From assembly GCF_020745735.1 (NCBI RefSeq), contig NW_026869307.1, forward strand, positions 1-64,000: DNA of 64,000 nucleotides, in the 5' to 3' direction. Below the pieces are notes generated by a model. That model was not told the DNA's origin. It did not search any database and saw nothing but the letters and a program-made list of their open reading frames with translations. Below are positions 20,480-34,261 of the stretch, one piece after another (positions within the stretch are counted from its first letter, which is position 1; each line of letters starts with the position of its first letter). The DNA is from Hemiscyllium ocellatum. Lineage: Eukaryota. The translations under genes were made by a program, and so were the position numbers.

Positions 20480-23400
20480 TAGAATTTGGAAATAATTTTG
20501 ACTTTTGTTAAAAGCTTTCTCGGAGTAGAAAAATGCGACTGAAGTTTATTTGAAATCTTCGACTAAGACGACACTGTGGGAATGAACAAATAAATTAGAA
20601 GTAGAAAACAAAAGTGTAACCTTGCAAAGTTGAGATTCTTAAATATTTTACCCAACATTTGGAACTAAATGGAGAGAAAACTGAAACTGTCATGTCATCA
20701 CTGAATTAAAATTCAGCAAGAATAAAAAAAGGGAAAAGAAATGAAAGGAGCAATGGAAAAAATGAGAATGAAGAAGAAGAAAGGAAAGGTAAAAAGCGAT
20801 GACTAAGAACATTTGAATGAGATGGAGCAAAGGAAAAATGCAAATAGAAATGGACTTTAAAAATATGATCAGTAAAGAGACAGCAGAACTAGAAAGTAGG
20901 TCTAAACTACAGAAAAGCTTACCATAATTGTGGAAAGAATATGTACAAACTCAAAAGAGGATTCTTATTCCATTGATAATTGTGATTTAACTGGACATGT
21001 GCATTAGTTGCTAAATTTCCAGAGCTTGGAGTGGAAATATGTTTCAGTTCAATTGAAAAGATAGCCCGGAAGATGAAGTAAACACAAAAAATAGAATATA
21101 GATCTTACAGCACAGTACAGGCCCTTGGCCCACGACGTTGTGCCAAGCATTTATCTTAATCTAAGATCATCCTAATCTACAAACCCTTCAATTTACTGCC
21201 AACCATGTGCTTGTCCAACAGTCGTTTAAATGTCCCTAATGTCTCTGACTCTACTACCATCGCTGCCAGTGCAATCCATGCACCCACCACTCTCTGTGTA
21301 AAGAATCTATCTCTGACATCCCCACTATACTTTCCTCCAATTACATTAGAATTATGATCCCTCGTGACAGTCATCCTTCCCTGGGAAAATTGTCTGGCCA
21401 TCTACTCTATCAATGGCTCTTATTACCTTGTATACCTCTATCAAGTCAGCTCTCTTCCATCTTCTCTTCAGAATGAAAAGCCCTAGTTCAATCGTTCTCT
21501 CTTCATAAGACAAGCTCTCCAATTCAGGCAGCATCCTGGTAAATCTCCTCTGCACCCTTCCTATAATGAGGCTACCAAACTGGACACAACGTTCCAAGGG
21601 TGGTCTAACCAGGATTTTATACAGCAGCAAAACATTGCGGCTCTTAAACTCAGTCCCTCTGTTAATGAAAGCCAAAACTCTGTATATCTTCTTAACATTC
21701 ATATCAATCGGGGTGACTACTTTGAAGGATTTATGTACATGGACCAGAAGATCCCGCTGCTCTGCCACACTGCCAAGAATCCTGTGTTTAACCCTCTATT
21801 CAGCATTCAAAATCGACCTTCCAAAATGATTCACTTAGCAAGTGTTGAAAGATATATGGGCCTGAATGTTACAGAATATTTTGAACAGTATCATTAAAAA
21901 TTTGATGAATCAGTTTGTCAGAAGAACAATTTGCAGGGCACAAAACTGGACAAGCAAAACAAATGTATGTGAGTTTGAAACTATTAATTTATATGTCAGA
22001 TGATTAGAAACTAACATAATCAGTAATTTGAAGGAAAAGAAATTCATTTCGATTGGTACCGTCTCTCACTGAAGTTGGAGAAAGAGTTTGAGAACTTGAA
22101 GGAAGTAATGACTATACTATTCAAAATTGTATATTAGCAATTACGTCTATAAGCTTCAGTAAGCTTCAAATGTCAAAGATCTCGGAATAGTACTTCTGAC
22201 AGGTTCCTATGATTTTGTAGACAGACCATTACTTATAGGGCATTTTTCATGTGGAAATAAACAAAGAAATTGAAAGAAAATATTCATTTTGGTTTTAAAA
22301 GGTACTGGTTTTAGGAAATAAACAGAAGGATTCCAAACAATATAGGAGAAAGGCTGGAACCCAAATATGATAGAAAGACAATAATATACTGCCGTTATGA
22401 TGAGACAGTATATTAAAGCTGAAATGAGAGATTAATTACAAAAAATAGAAGCCCATGGAATCCTTCGAAGAGACAAGCATCAGGAAAGGAAATGAACATT
22501 AAAACTGGAGCAAAAGTACAAATGGAGCATGTTGCATTGCATTCTACTAGGAATGAATAGATAACTCAGATTTTTAAGACATCTTTTGCTTAATAGTGCA
22601 ATTCAAAATCAGACCATTCAGTGTTCTAGATAGTCTTTTAAACGGGAAAGGTATTTTCTTGGTCTTCTAATAAAGGAGACAACCAATAAAGATATTGAGA
22701 CACAATGGATGGGTTAATGATGGGAAGAAATAATTGGCATTAAACACAGAGAGCGCAATGTCATCCTTTTATCTTGCATTGACTTAAAATATGAAAAAAA
22801 AGCGAGTTTACTAATCCAAATTGAAGGATCTGATTTCATCCGAGGCAATGATATGACTATTTTGAGAGACCACACCGTTTCCTTATTTGGTTACATATAA
22901 GGAAGTTGACTGCAATACAACTGAAATACTAGGAGAAGTTTTCAACTTAAAAGTTAAGAATGGGAGTAAACGCTCTTATAGAATTCCCGATTCATAAAAC
23001 TGAAGAGAACTCATGAGATTTTTGTGAATGCATGATTTCAATGAACATTTGTGCCTAATATCAGCACAATAATTGTAGCTTTGACAAAATTGTTACAAAA
23101 ACAAGGAAAATGATATGGTCAGTGGCGTGATAATCATTATTTGAGAAGCTGAAGGCAATGTTAATAAGTGAATTAGCAATTCCTCCGATTTTAGAAAGCG
23201 TTTTACGCTGGAAACTAATGTTTCTAACGTTGCAATCTTATGAAACGGTAATGAATTTATCAAAAGAGAAGGCAGTGGGACGCTTTTCTAAAAAAAACCG
23301 TCAGAAGAATTACTTAACATCGATAAAGGAAACTTTGCAATTATCATTATCTTTAATATTTTGAAGTTAATTTCCAACATGATTGCAACGAAACACCAAT
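20480..23400 (+). mobile_element. Highly degenerate Gypsy (Gmr1-like) gag/pol remnant interrupted by CR1
   Basis: Similar to the reverse complement of the gag at 33.4-34.1 kb (ttcaattgaaaagatagcccggaagatgaag); boundaries approximate. Confidence 0.45.
21100..21840 (-). mobile_element. CR1 LINE 3'-terminal fragment
   Basis: ORFs 21352..21768 and 21177..21401 with RADLIEVYK and RFFTQRVVGAW. Confidence 0.85.
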
Positions 23401-24899
23401 ATATACTGATCATACTCTGTTAGGTTTTGTAAAGAAATTTATAACTTGAAATTCAATATCATTCTGATGGAGCTTATCGATTCAATTATAACTACAATAT
23501 ATTGCTGGAGAAGAAAGTATAACAGCAAACACGTTATCAATAACGTTTTTGTGCCGTAATAGCTTAAGTAAATGAAAACACGTTGCTTAAATCCTGTGTG
23601 AGGAATCAGTGCGGGTGAGTTTTATATATTTAAATAAGCTCTTGCTGACCATCTTTTTGAATAGGTCTGTTTGAATAGATTGTTTCTCAAATGATATCGA
23701 ACTCTGATCCCGTGTTGTTTGACACCTTAGCTCATGCCTGTTCACTCAAACACTAATGCTTTGTTTTAGGCATCTCGGTGGTTGGCTAATTATGACTGAG
23801 GTAAAGAATGATACCTTAACTCACTTCTTGAACGACGAGGGTTGTGGCAGCTCACTCATTGAGAATGCTCCCGACAGTAATTTGTTGTCCTCTTGATGCT
23901 AATATCTCGAAGGATATGGACATAGTGAGGCAATGTGGTAGTGAGGTAGATGTCAGCCATAAAATAAATGAATGATAAATCGGGCTTCCCAGGCTGAATG
24001 GGCAACTCCTGTTCTATTTTACGAATGTTCATTTCAACTTTAGTCATTCAGAAATACAGAACTTAAAATTGCTAAAAGGAGATAAAATTCAAGCTTTATG
24101 GATTATCTGGATAATAATGCAAGAAAGAAACTTGTGAAAGGGCCAAAAAATCAGACAGAATGACGGTGCAGAGCTCGTTATCTCTCGAGCTCGTTGATGC
24201 CACACATAATGAAATAATGCCTTGATGTCAAGACGGTCATTCTCATCTCAAAGGTTGATTTGTCCTTGTTGGGTCTGAAACTATAATGAGATCTGGACTT
24301 AAGTGGTCATGGCAGATCATAAATCGACCATGAATAAATTGACTAATGTAAAACAAAGAACTATGGATGTCAGAAATTTGAAATCTGGTAGCATCTGTGG
24401 AGAGAAAAAAAAGGTTGATGTTTCAAGTCCAGCGACCCTTCTTCCGAATGGATGAGTAGACTATTGCTAAGTGAACGATGTTTAATGTCAGTGTCAAATA
24501 CATATTACATATTTTCTAAACTGCCCAGAGTAGATTGATTAATTGAGCAGCTTTAATTTATCCCGCCTTCTTTGGACAAATTTTCATCCACAGCTTTTCC
24601 ACATAACTAAAATCTTGGTCTTGAAAGGTAATGAATCATATGCAGGTATAGGATTTCTGATGAATAGGTTATGATCGAAACATTGATTCTCCTGCTCCTC
24701 CGATACTGCCTGACTGTGTTTTCTATCACAACAATCTTCGACTCTGATCTCCAGTACCTGCAGTCCTCACTTTCTCCTTGCAGGTCTAGGATTGTCTGTT
24801 TTTCCAACTGACGATGAAAACATACTTAGTCGATATTAACTTGATACAAATTCATAAGTTTGGAAAATAACTGCAGCCAATCTTGACTAGGGGCGTTTG

Positions 24900-26225
24900 A
24901 TGTATTTTTTTATTCATCTGTGGAACTTTGGTGTCGCTGACTGGTCAGCATTAATAGCCCATCCCTATTTGCCATTGAGAAGGTGGTGGTGAGCTGCCTT
25001 CCTTGAATCACTGCAGTCCACTTGCTGTGGGTTGACTCACAATGCTGGTAGGGAGGGAATTCCAGAATTTTGACCCAGTAACTGGAAGGAATGGCGGTAT
25101 ATTTCCAAGTCAGCGTGATGAGTGGCTTGGAGGGAAACTTGCAGGTGGTGGTGTTCCCAAATACCTGCTGCCTTTGTCCTTCTAAATGGCAGTGGTCGTG
25201 AGTTGGAAAGTGCTATCTAAGGATCTTTGGTGAATTTCAGCAGTACATGTTGTAGATAGTACGCACTGCTGCTACTGAGCACTGGTGGTGGAGCGACTGA
25301 ATGTTTGTAGATGTGGTGCCAATCAAGTGGCTCGCTTTGCCCTGGATAGTGTCAAGATTCTTGAGTGCTGTTGGAGCTGCACCATCCAGGCAAGTGTGGA
25401 GTATTCCATTACACTCCTGACTTGTGCCTTGTAGATAATGGACAGGCTTTGAGGAGTCAGGAGATGAGTTACTGTCCGCAGTATTCTTAGCCTCTGAACT
25501 GCTCTTGTAGCCACTGTGTGTTTCTGATGAATCCTGTTGAGATTCTGGTCAATGGTAACCCAAAGGATGTTGACAGTGGGGACTTTTGAGCGGCACGGTG
25601 GCACAGTGGTTAGCACTGCTGCCTCACAGCGCCGGAGACCCGGGTTCAATTCCCGACTCAGGCGACTGACTGTGTGGAGTTTGCACGTTCTCCCCGTGTC
25701 TGCGTGGCTTTCCTCTGGTTTCCTCCCACAGTCACAAAAGATGTGCAAGTTAGGTGAATTGGCCAGGGTAAATTGCCCGTAGTGTTAGGTAAAGGGGTAA
25801 ATGTAGGGGTATGGGTGGGTTGCGCTTCGGCGGGTCAGTGTGGACATGTTGGGCCGAAGGGCCTATTTCCACACTGTAAGTAATCTAATCTAATCTAATT
25901 CAGTGATGGTAATAATGTTTAATGTCAAGGGACGGTGGTTAAAATCTCTCTTATTGGTGATGCTCATTGTCTGGCATTTGTGTCGTACTTGCCACTTGTC
26001 AGCCCAAGCTGTACAGATCTCGTTGTATTTAAGCAGATTGCTTCGGTTTCTGAGGAGTCGTGAGTGGTGCTAACATTGTGCAATCATTGGCGAACATCCT
26101 CACTTCTGACTTTATGATAGAGGGAAGTTTGTTGATGAAGTAGCCTAGGACACGACCCTTAGGGACTCCTGCAGAGATGTCCTGGAGCTATGACTGACCC
26201 TCCACAGCCACAACCATTTCGAATG
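24900..26225 (-). mobile_element. L2-clade LINE 3' fragment interrupted by an HE1 SINE
   Basis: ORF 25323..25748 ends in RAVQRLRILRTVTHLLTPQSLSIIYKAQVRSVMEYSTLAW. Confidence 0.8.
25588..25898 (+). mobile_element. HE1-type SINE, full length
   Basis: Same head, core and tail as 5132-5427; (taatc)n tail. Confidence 0.9.
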
Positions 26226-26774
26226 TGGTACTATTGGAACCATCACAGACTGAATGAATTCTAGGAAGATACCTGTGGTAATGATCTTGCAAAGATAATT
26301 TCCCCATTCACTTCATTTCCCAAAATGGATTTTAAAATAAAGCTTTTGCTCCATTCTTTTCACTTGGAGAATGAGCTATCTGGTATGCCTTGAATGCTGT
26401 ATACCACAGTAGTTTTGAACTTATTTGGTACTTTGGGGTGCAGTAGAATATTATATCTGGCATACACGGGGTGCCAGCCAGAAATTTAGAATCTGGGTAG
26501 TCTTCAGCAGAACAGATGACCGGATCATGTTAAATCTGTGTTCTCCCCACAGATGCTGACAGACCCGCTGGGGTTGACAGCAATTTCTGTTTTTGTTACA
26601 AATCACCAAGTTCTTTATTTTATTTAATTAACTCGAACTGCTGTAAATATGTATTATTTTTACAAACCTGTATTGAAAGTGATGCATGCAATTACATCGT
26701 AATGCATATTGTCTGTTACAAATTCTTGAGGTCAAGGGAGATCTGTATGTAGATCTTGAGTACCAATGTTAAAA

Positions 26775-27400
26775 AATGACTCAACACCAGGTTATAGTCC
26801 AACAGGTTTATTTGGAAGCACTAGCTTTTGAGACACTACCTCTTCATCAGGTGATTGTGGAACATAACCTTCCAGAACAGAATTTATAGCAAAAGGCTCA
26901 CAGTGTCATGGAGTTGTAATGATATATTAAACAACTTCAGTTAAAATTCACACAACAACAGGTTATAATTCTAAGCAAATTTCGATTAAGCTTTTCATCT
27001 TTTAGAATGGGATATGGTGGTTTAGGTTCTTGAATAGGTAAATACCAGAATTATGTTCTCAAGGTGGCATCTTCTTATCTGATAATAGGTGTCATCTCAG
27101 CTCAGACAATGCATTAAATGTGTGAAAGTAAAGTCTATACCAATGTTGAGACTTTTCTATTTCTAACATGGGGCTTACAGAATCTTACATGGATTTATGC
27201 AGTTTTTGAGCAAAATAACGTCATTTTGGAAATACAAATTCACCCCATAAACTTGTGCGCGCCTGCAGCAGAGACAGCGTGGGTGTATGGATGTGCAAGA
27301 GTGTGCGTATGTGTGTGTGCAAGCTTGGTCAACATAGTGCTTACAAATAAACCTGTTGGACTATAACCTGGCGTTGTGTAATTTTTAACTTTGTCCACCC
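26775..27400. mobile_element. Penelope-type element with inverted termini, family 3
   Basis: acaccaggttatagtccaacaggtttattt (left) inverted to aaataaacctgttggactataacctgg (right); minus-strand CAC-CTGATGA...AAAAGCTA-GTG. Confidence 0.65.
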
Positions 27401-28930
27401 CAAATCTTGAGTAGCAAAGTTATAAAGGATCTGCTAATATTGGGAATGATGGAAAATGGAATTTGCTTTGCATATGCAGTGAAAAACCTGGATTGGTTCG
27501 ATCTTGTGTAATGCAGCGACACATTAAAGGTCACTGATTGTAACTTTGACACACCACAAGAAGTGATAGATGGCGCCTTCCACACTCTTATTCCTCTTAT
27601 TGCTGTTGCCCACCCCTCACCCTTGCAAATCACCCACCCTGCTAGCCAAACAAGTTTACCAGCTTTGAAGCAGCAAATTGATGGGTGAAGAAATTTCAAA
27701 ATCAGTTGTCCCATCACTATCAAAATGTCCTATAATATTGTGCCTGAACGACTTGTTACAGTCCAACACATTATTGGTGCAGATATACTGCTAGATAAAA
27801 GTCAATATAGACATTGGTCAGACTTATATCTTGTTTATAACGGAAATCCAACGGTCCTCTGGTCAAACAAATTCTTGAACACAATGAAAGATTTTTAGCT
27901 AGCTCTTTTCAAATGCCTCTCAGTTTTGTGAGGGATTGAACGTGGGCACGTACGATTTTCCTGAAGTCTTTTGAACATTTTCTGTTCCCAAAATGTCTAT
28001 TAGGCTCCAAATAAATTGATTTACAATGCTGGAACCATGCACGTGTCTTTATATTATGCTCTGATTGGCACATGTTACAACATCACAATGAAAGCTGCTC
28101 AACTCTGGGTGACAGTCAGACTGGCATCAGCCAGTGCTCCTGTTGATAGAATTGGGTCTCTGGGATTGGACTCTCACTGGGCCAATCTTTGAGCATCAAG
28201 AACGAAATTGTTCCTGTCTTTCAGTAGGTTCATTCTATCCTGTTCTGCCCAACTCATTCAGCCTACTGCAGTATAGTTTGATTAAATAAAAGGCCTTGCA
28301 GCCCAAATGCTATTTTCTACTTTGTTTTTGAATACAATGATACTATATCTTGTTTACATTGGTGTAGTAGCTCCATCTCTGGAACATTCAAGTAATGTTT
28401 TCGCCTTCAACGTAGAGGCTAATTACATCTCTGTGCTTGTTAGGTTTGGCTGTTCTTTTATTGAAAACGGCAGGCATTAAACTCAAATAACTAAAGCAAA
28501 ATTGGTTTCGGGACAAGTTGTGGAGTTTTGGATGCCGTGGCCTTCCTTCTGCCTACCGATCCCATGACATAGAAAACTATATATGTTTATATGTAGAAGA
28601 CCATGTTTATTGAATGGTGACTTTCATTTCAAATCGTATCAGGTCTCCAAATGGTATTTAAAGATATTTATGAAACTCAGCAAACTAACTCCAAAGTCAA
28701 TGTCAATTTCGAAATGCACAAACAAGTGTATGTTTACGAACCAGAACACTTGGGTTGAACTTAGTTTTCAACTTGTGACAAGTTGAAAATGGTTTTGGAA
28801 ACTTTGCCCTCGGTGAGGACAGCTCCTGACATTACGTGGGTTTTTTTTAATGTATTGGCCAGCAATTCTTCCATGTAGCATTTCCCAATAGACACAGATA
28901 TTCCAGATATTTAGTTCTTAGCCTAACTGT

Positions 28931-29559
28931 TGTTATGGACTCAGCCAGAAAACTCAAAACATCCTTAAATAGGCAGCCCAGACCATAAATTTGCAACTTG
29001 TTTCGGTAAGTGTACAGTGAAAATTACTCACAGTAAGTAAGCTAGGTTGACGACTAAATTTTAAAACAGACACAACTTTATTCACAAAATTACACAATGG
29101 AACACAAAGAACTGAATAAAGAACCCCTACAGAACTCAGCCTATCTAACTAGACTTAATTATGCTTTTCTGAATATTTACAACAGTCTCAATAAGTAAAC
29201 TCTCTTTAAAACCAGTATAATTCTAACACATGCTTACAAATTGAAGTTGTAGGACAGAAAAGAGAGAGAGAGAGTTTCCACACAGCTTCCTGTTGAACTT
29301 CCAACTAGTTCAAGGCTGAACTAAAACTGCTCAGCTCAGTTAGCTAAAGAGCTGACACACCTCTTTCTTTACACAGGTCACTTCTCATTTGTTTACATAG
29401 AAGTAAAAGGCCTCTCAAAATCCTTTTCATCTCTGTACCAAACCAGACTGATTGGAGCCCGGCCTGGTTTATTGATACTTTGAAAAGAAAATCAAGGACA
29501 CAGTCTCCTTTAGCCAGGGAGCAGCTTTTAGGGAAAAAAAAGGGACTAGCTTTGTGACA
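28931..29559 (-). repeat. 3' LTR (TG...CA); PPT (cctcccccgtttaaaaa on plus) directly adjacent at 29560
   Basis: tgttatgg...tgtgaca; roughly 80% similar by eye to 34262-34895. Confidence 0.88.
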
Positions 29560-30274
29560 CCTCCCCCGTTTAAAAAAAAGAACCATCAATCCCAAAGTTT
29601 GGCTTCATTTTTAACCCTTCAAAACTCAGTTCATACACTAAACACACATCTACACAATATTAACGATAAACATGCAAACATGCACAACCACATGCAAATT
29701 CAGGCTGCGGCGCACCAACCACTGAATGCCTCCATATCTCATTCGAATCTGGTAACGCATCAGCAATAATATTTTTGCAACTTCCCGCATGCACAATTAT
29801 CAAATTGAATGGCTGCAACACCAAGCTCCATCTGAACAGTCTGGCAATTTTGTCCTTAAATCTTTCCACAAATGCCAATGGGTTGTGATCCGTGTGTACG
29901 ATTATCACAGATGCATTGCTGGTAATATAAACACTGAAAATGCCAACACCAAGCTTAAAGTCTCTTTCTCCACTATTGAATATTTCTGCTGATGAACATT
30001 CAACTTTCTGGAAAAATACCCGATGGGTCTTTCTATCCCTTCATCATCCTCCTGCAGGAGCAACACACCAGCACCCACATCTCTGGCATTGAAAGGTTTC
30101 ATGTAATCTGGTGTAGCTAATACTGGGGCAGTGGTTAACACAGTTTTTAGGCTGTCAAGTGCCTTTTGACAGTCCACTGTCCAATTCAACTTCTTGCCTT
30201 TTTTTAAACAATTCAGTGAGTGGAACAGCTACACTGCTAAAGTTTAATGCAAATCCCCTCAACTCCAGGAATTG

Positions 30275-30469
30275 GAGCTGCAAATGTGTTGCTGGTCAAA
30301 GCACAGCAGGCCAGGCAGCATCTCAGGAATAGAGAATTCGACGTTTCGAGCATAAGCTTATGCTCGAAACGTCGAATTCTCTATTCCTGAGATGCTGCCT
30401 GGCCTGCTGTGCTTTGACCAGCAACACATTTGCAGCTGTGATCTCCAGCATCTGCAGACCTCATTTTTT
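30275..30469. mobile_element. Foldback Penelope-type mini-element containing a perfect 162-bp palindrome; 13-bp TSD actccaggaattg
   Basis: Arms 30276-30356 and 30357-30437 are exact reverse complements; TSD at 30262-30274 and 30470-30482. Confidence 0.9.
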
Positions 30470-33400
30470 ACTCCAGGAATTGTAATACTGCTTTTTTGTC
30501 GACGGTGTGGGAAATCCCTTAATTACTTTCATTTTTGCATCTCGTAGTACCGTTTGTCCATGTTCAATAACATGGCCCAGAAAAGTGACTTGGGCGTTCG
30601 CAAATTCACTTTTAGCTAGGTTCACCACCAATGCCTTCCGAGGTCATTTGAATAAGTCTGATACATGCTGCACATGTTCCTTCCATAAGTAACTAACATG
30701 ACTGTCGGCGAGGTCCAGTCACTGCAAATCACTTCGATTATGCCATCTTGGAACATGCAATCTATCTCCTTCTGAACGTGTGCCAACTTTAGAGGATTAT
30801 GCCCATAAGGATGTTGCTTAATCGGTACAACATCTTCTATATCTACATCATGCACAATTAGGTTAGTACTTCCCGGTTTATTTCTGTATATATCTCTCTA
30901 CGTGATAGTAATAACTTTTTCAGGTCATTTTGATTTTCTTGTGGAAGGTAACTTAATGATTTATCCAATTTTTGAAAACTTCCTCATTGTTCAATATGGT
31001 TTGAGGAATGTCCAATTCAGAATCCTCTGAACTTGGTTCGTCCTTCTGTGATGTGACCATTAACACCTTCTCCTCTTGCTATCCTTCCCTTCAAAACACC
31101 TTTGGGGGATACTCACATGACACTCTGTGAGATTTCTTCCTGTCTGGAGTTCTTATCAAGTCGTTCACCATACTCAATTTCTTCTCAATTTGATATGGTC
31201 CACTTAAGCTTACTTTTGAAGACTCAGCTAAAACTGGGAGTAACACCAATACCATAAGCCCAATTGCAAAATAGTGAATTTGTGATTTACTTTTCGATTC
31301 CTTTTTTTTTGTATGCTGTGATACTTTCAAATGCTGTCTAGCCAACTCTCCAGCTCGACTTAATGTTTCTCTAAAATTTGACACATAGTCCAAATGGGTA
31401 GTCTCTGAATTCTGACTTATTAATTTCTCCTTAGTCAATATTAATAGTCCTCTTACTTCATGCCCCAAAATTAATTCAAATGGACTGAATTTGGTTAAGG
31501 AATTCAGTGCACCTCTGATCACAAAAAGTACAAATGGAACTCCCTTATCCTAATCATCGGATAATCCTGACCATAAACCCTCAACATGGTCTTTAGTGTT
31601 TGATGCCATTTCTCTAGTGCACCTGTGATTTGGATGATATGCAATAGATTTGAATTGCTTTATTCCCAAGTTGTCCATAACATGTTGAATCGTTTGGATG
31701 TGACGTTTGATCCTTGATCTGACTGGATCTCTATTGGTAGTCTGTATCTAGTAGTAAAAAAAATCTTCTGGAAACCTTTTAGCTGTGATGTTGCATAATG
31801 GGATTGCCTCTGGAAATTTAGTCGATACATCCAATATTGTTATTAAGTGCTTATTCCTACATTTTGTTCGAGATAGGGGCCTTCGCAATTAATTATGACT
31901 CTTGTGAAAGGTTCCTCAAATGCTGGAATATTTATTAAAGGTGCAGGTTTTATTACTGCCTGTAGTTTTCCAATTAGCTGACATGTATGACATGTCTGTC
32001 AAAATTCAACTACATCCGGGCTAGTAAAAATGTCTTTGTATTTTAGCCTGTGTTTTCCTCACCCCTCAATGACATCCAAGTGGAAGTTCATGCGCCACTG
32101 GCAGCACCTCCTTTGTATATCCTACTGGCAAAACAATTTTATAAATCCCTGCCCATCTCTTATCTGCTTGGATGTGTATTGGTCTCCATTCCCTCAATAA
32201 GAACATCATTTGTTAAGTAATAACACACTGGGATGCATTCACTTTCTTTCTCAAAAAATGTCTTTCAATATAACTGTTTTACCTCCTCATCTTTCTGCTG
32301 CAATTCAGTAAGCTGAGCAGATGCTTGCATATCTACTTATTTGCTCCTCCTCTGTTCCACTTATTTGATCAGAAAAAAAGATTTGGATAATGCTATGTCA
32401 GTATCCTTGTCTATGCCTTTTGCTTCAACTTGTGCCTCTGCAATCTTGTGATCAAACAATTCGGGCAAAAAAAAATTGGATAAACCTTCTCCATATCTTC
32501 AGTTGCCTGCATGTCTACTGGCTTTTAACCGAGAGTAGGCAGCATGCCTAGCGGTGAATTAACCATATCATTTGCAAGGAGAAATTGTATTCCTGGAGCT
32601 GAGAGTTTGTCCAGTACAACTACCACAAATTCCCCACTCTTCTCTGGACTCTCTAGCTTCACTTTACATAATTGAGCACTTTTTGTCTCACCATGAATTT
32701 CTGTTATGAGTACCTTTTCTGGCAATAGTTCCTCAGGAATGCATATTTCTGCATCCTTTAGCATTACAGACTGAAAGGATCCAATGCCCATTAATACTAC
32801 TCCTGGCCTATGTGAATAAACTTTATGCTTGCTGGTGTATTTTTAAGCAGATCTGGCATTCCTCTGCAATCAAGCTCTGATCATCTTGGACACTCTGAAG
32901 TTGTATAACTTCCCGTGTGCTTTTTGTTACCAGTGCAACAATACTTTCAGCTTGTCTGGTTTTCCTACATCTGGTTTTCTCTTAGCCCACCAACACTTTA
33001 TTACAATGAAAACACTGGAGCCTTTTAGCTTCTTTGTCCTCCTCAAGAGTTTCTTTTTAACCCTGTAGTAAGTTATCCCTATGATCTTTACTGAGATCTA
33101 CCTTTCCCTTTCCATGTGAAGATTTCTCTTTGCCTCAATTTCTATCCCTCATGGACTGAAATTGATTCTGGTTGTCAAACTGAGTTTTGTGGACCAGCTC
33201 GGAATCATGAGCCACTTCAGCTGCCAACCTTGCTGTTTTAAACCTCTGCTCTTCCACATGAGTTCACACTACTTCAGGCAGTAAAATTTTGAATTCTAAA
33301 CTAACTAACTCTCTAAGGGCATCATAGGTTTGCTCGATTTTTAAAGCTTTTACCTATCTTTCGAAATTACTCTGTTTGATCCTTTCAAACTCAATATGGA

Positions 33401-34261
33401 TTTGACTAGGGTCACTCCTTAGATTCCTGAAACGTTGTCTATACGCTTCTGGTACAGACTCATATGCACTTATAATTTTTCCACCTCCTTGTACTCCCCA
33501 GATACCTCCTGTGATAGAGATGCGAATACCTCACTAGCCCTACCTACAAGTTTCGTTTGGATCAACAAAACTCACATTGCCACTGGCCATTGCATTTGTT
33601 AAGCCACCTTTTCAAATGAGATAAGAAAAAGAGCCTTTTCATCAACTTTAGGAAATGCTTGAACATACTTAAACAGTTTCTCACCAGGCTTCTGACTACC
33701 AGGGACTTGCTCATCCTCACTCTCTTCCTCACGAAGTCTACCCTCAGCCTTTATCTCCAGCCTTTTAAGTTGTGTTTCCTTTTGAAGTGTCAATTTTTCA
33801 AGTTGAAAAGCTTTATTTTTCTTCCTCTGCTCTCTCTTTTTCCCTCTCTTTTGCTTCTAATCACAAGTCAACCTGTTTCATTTTAGAAGCCCTTTCCTGA
33901 GCTCTTGCCTCTAACTCAAGCTGCTTCATTTGCATTTGAATTCCTGCCATCTCTATAGATTCTGATGGTTTCTGTAGGAAGTTTAAATGCTGAGATACTG
34001 CTGTAATTACCTCTCCTTTCCTCACAGAAGCAGGCAGTTTCGTTTTCAGCATCTCTGCTAATTCCTGCTGCTGGTCTCATTTACTTTTGCAAAACATCTA
34101 CAGTCACCACATCCATTTCCAGAAAACTTTTGGGGACTGAAAGAGCCATTACTTTGACTGAAAGAGACTTTAGCTTTGTCTACCCAACCAAACCAACACC
34201 CAAAATGTAGATAATAGCACCTCCCACTCACTGTTTAAAGTCCTGCAAAGAGCCCACCATC

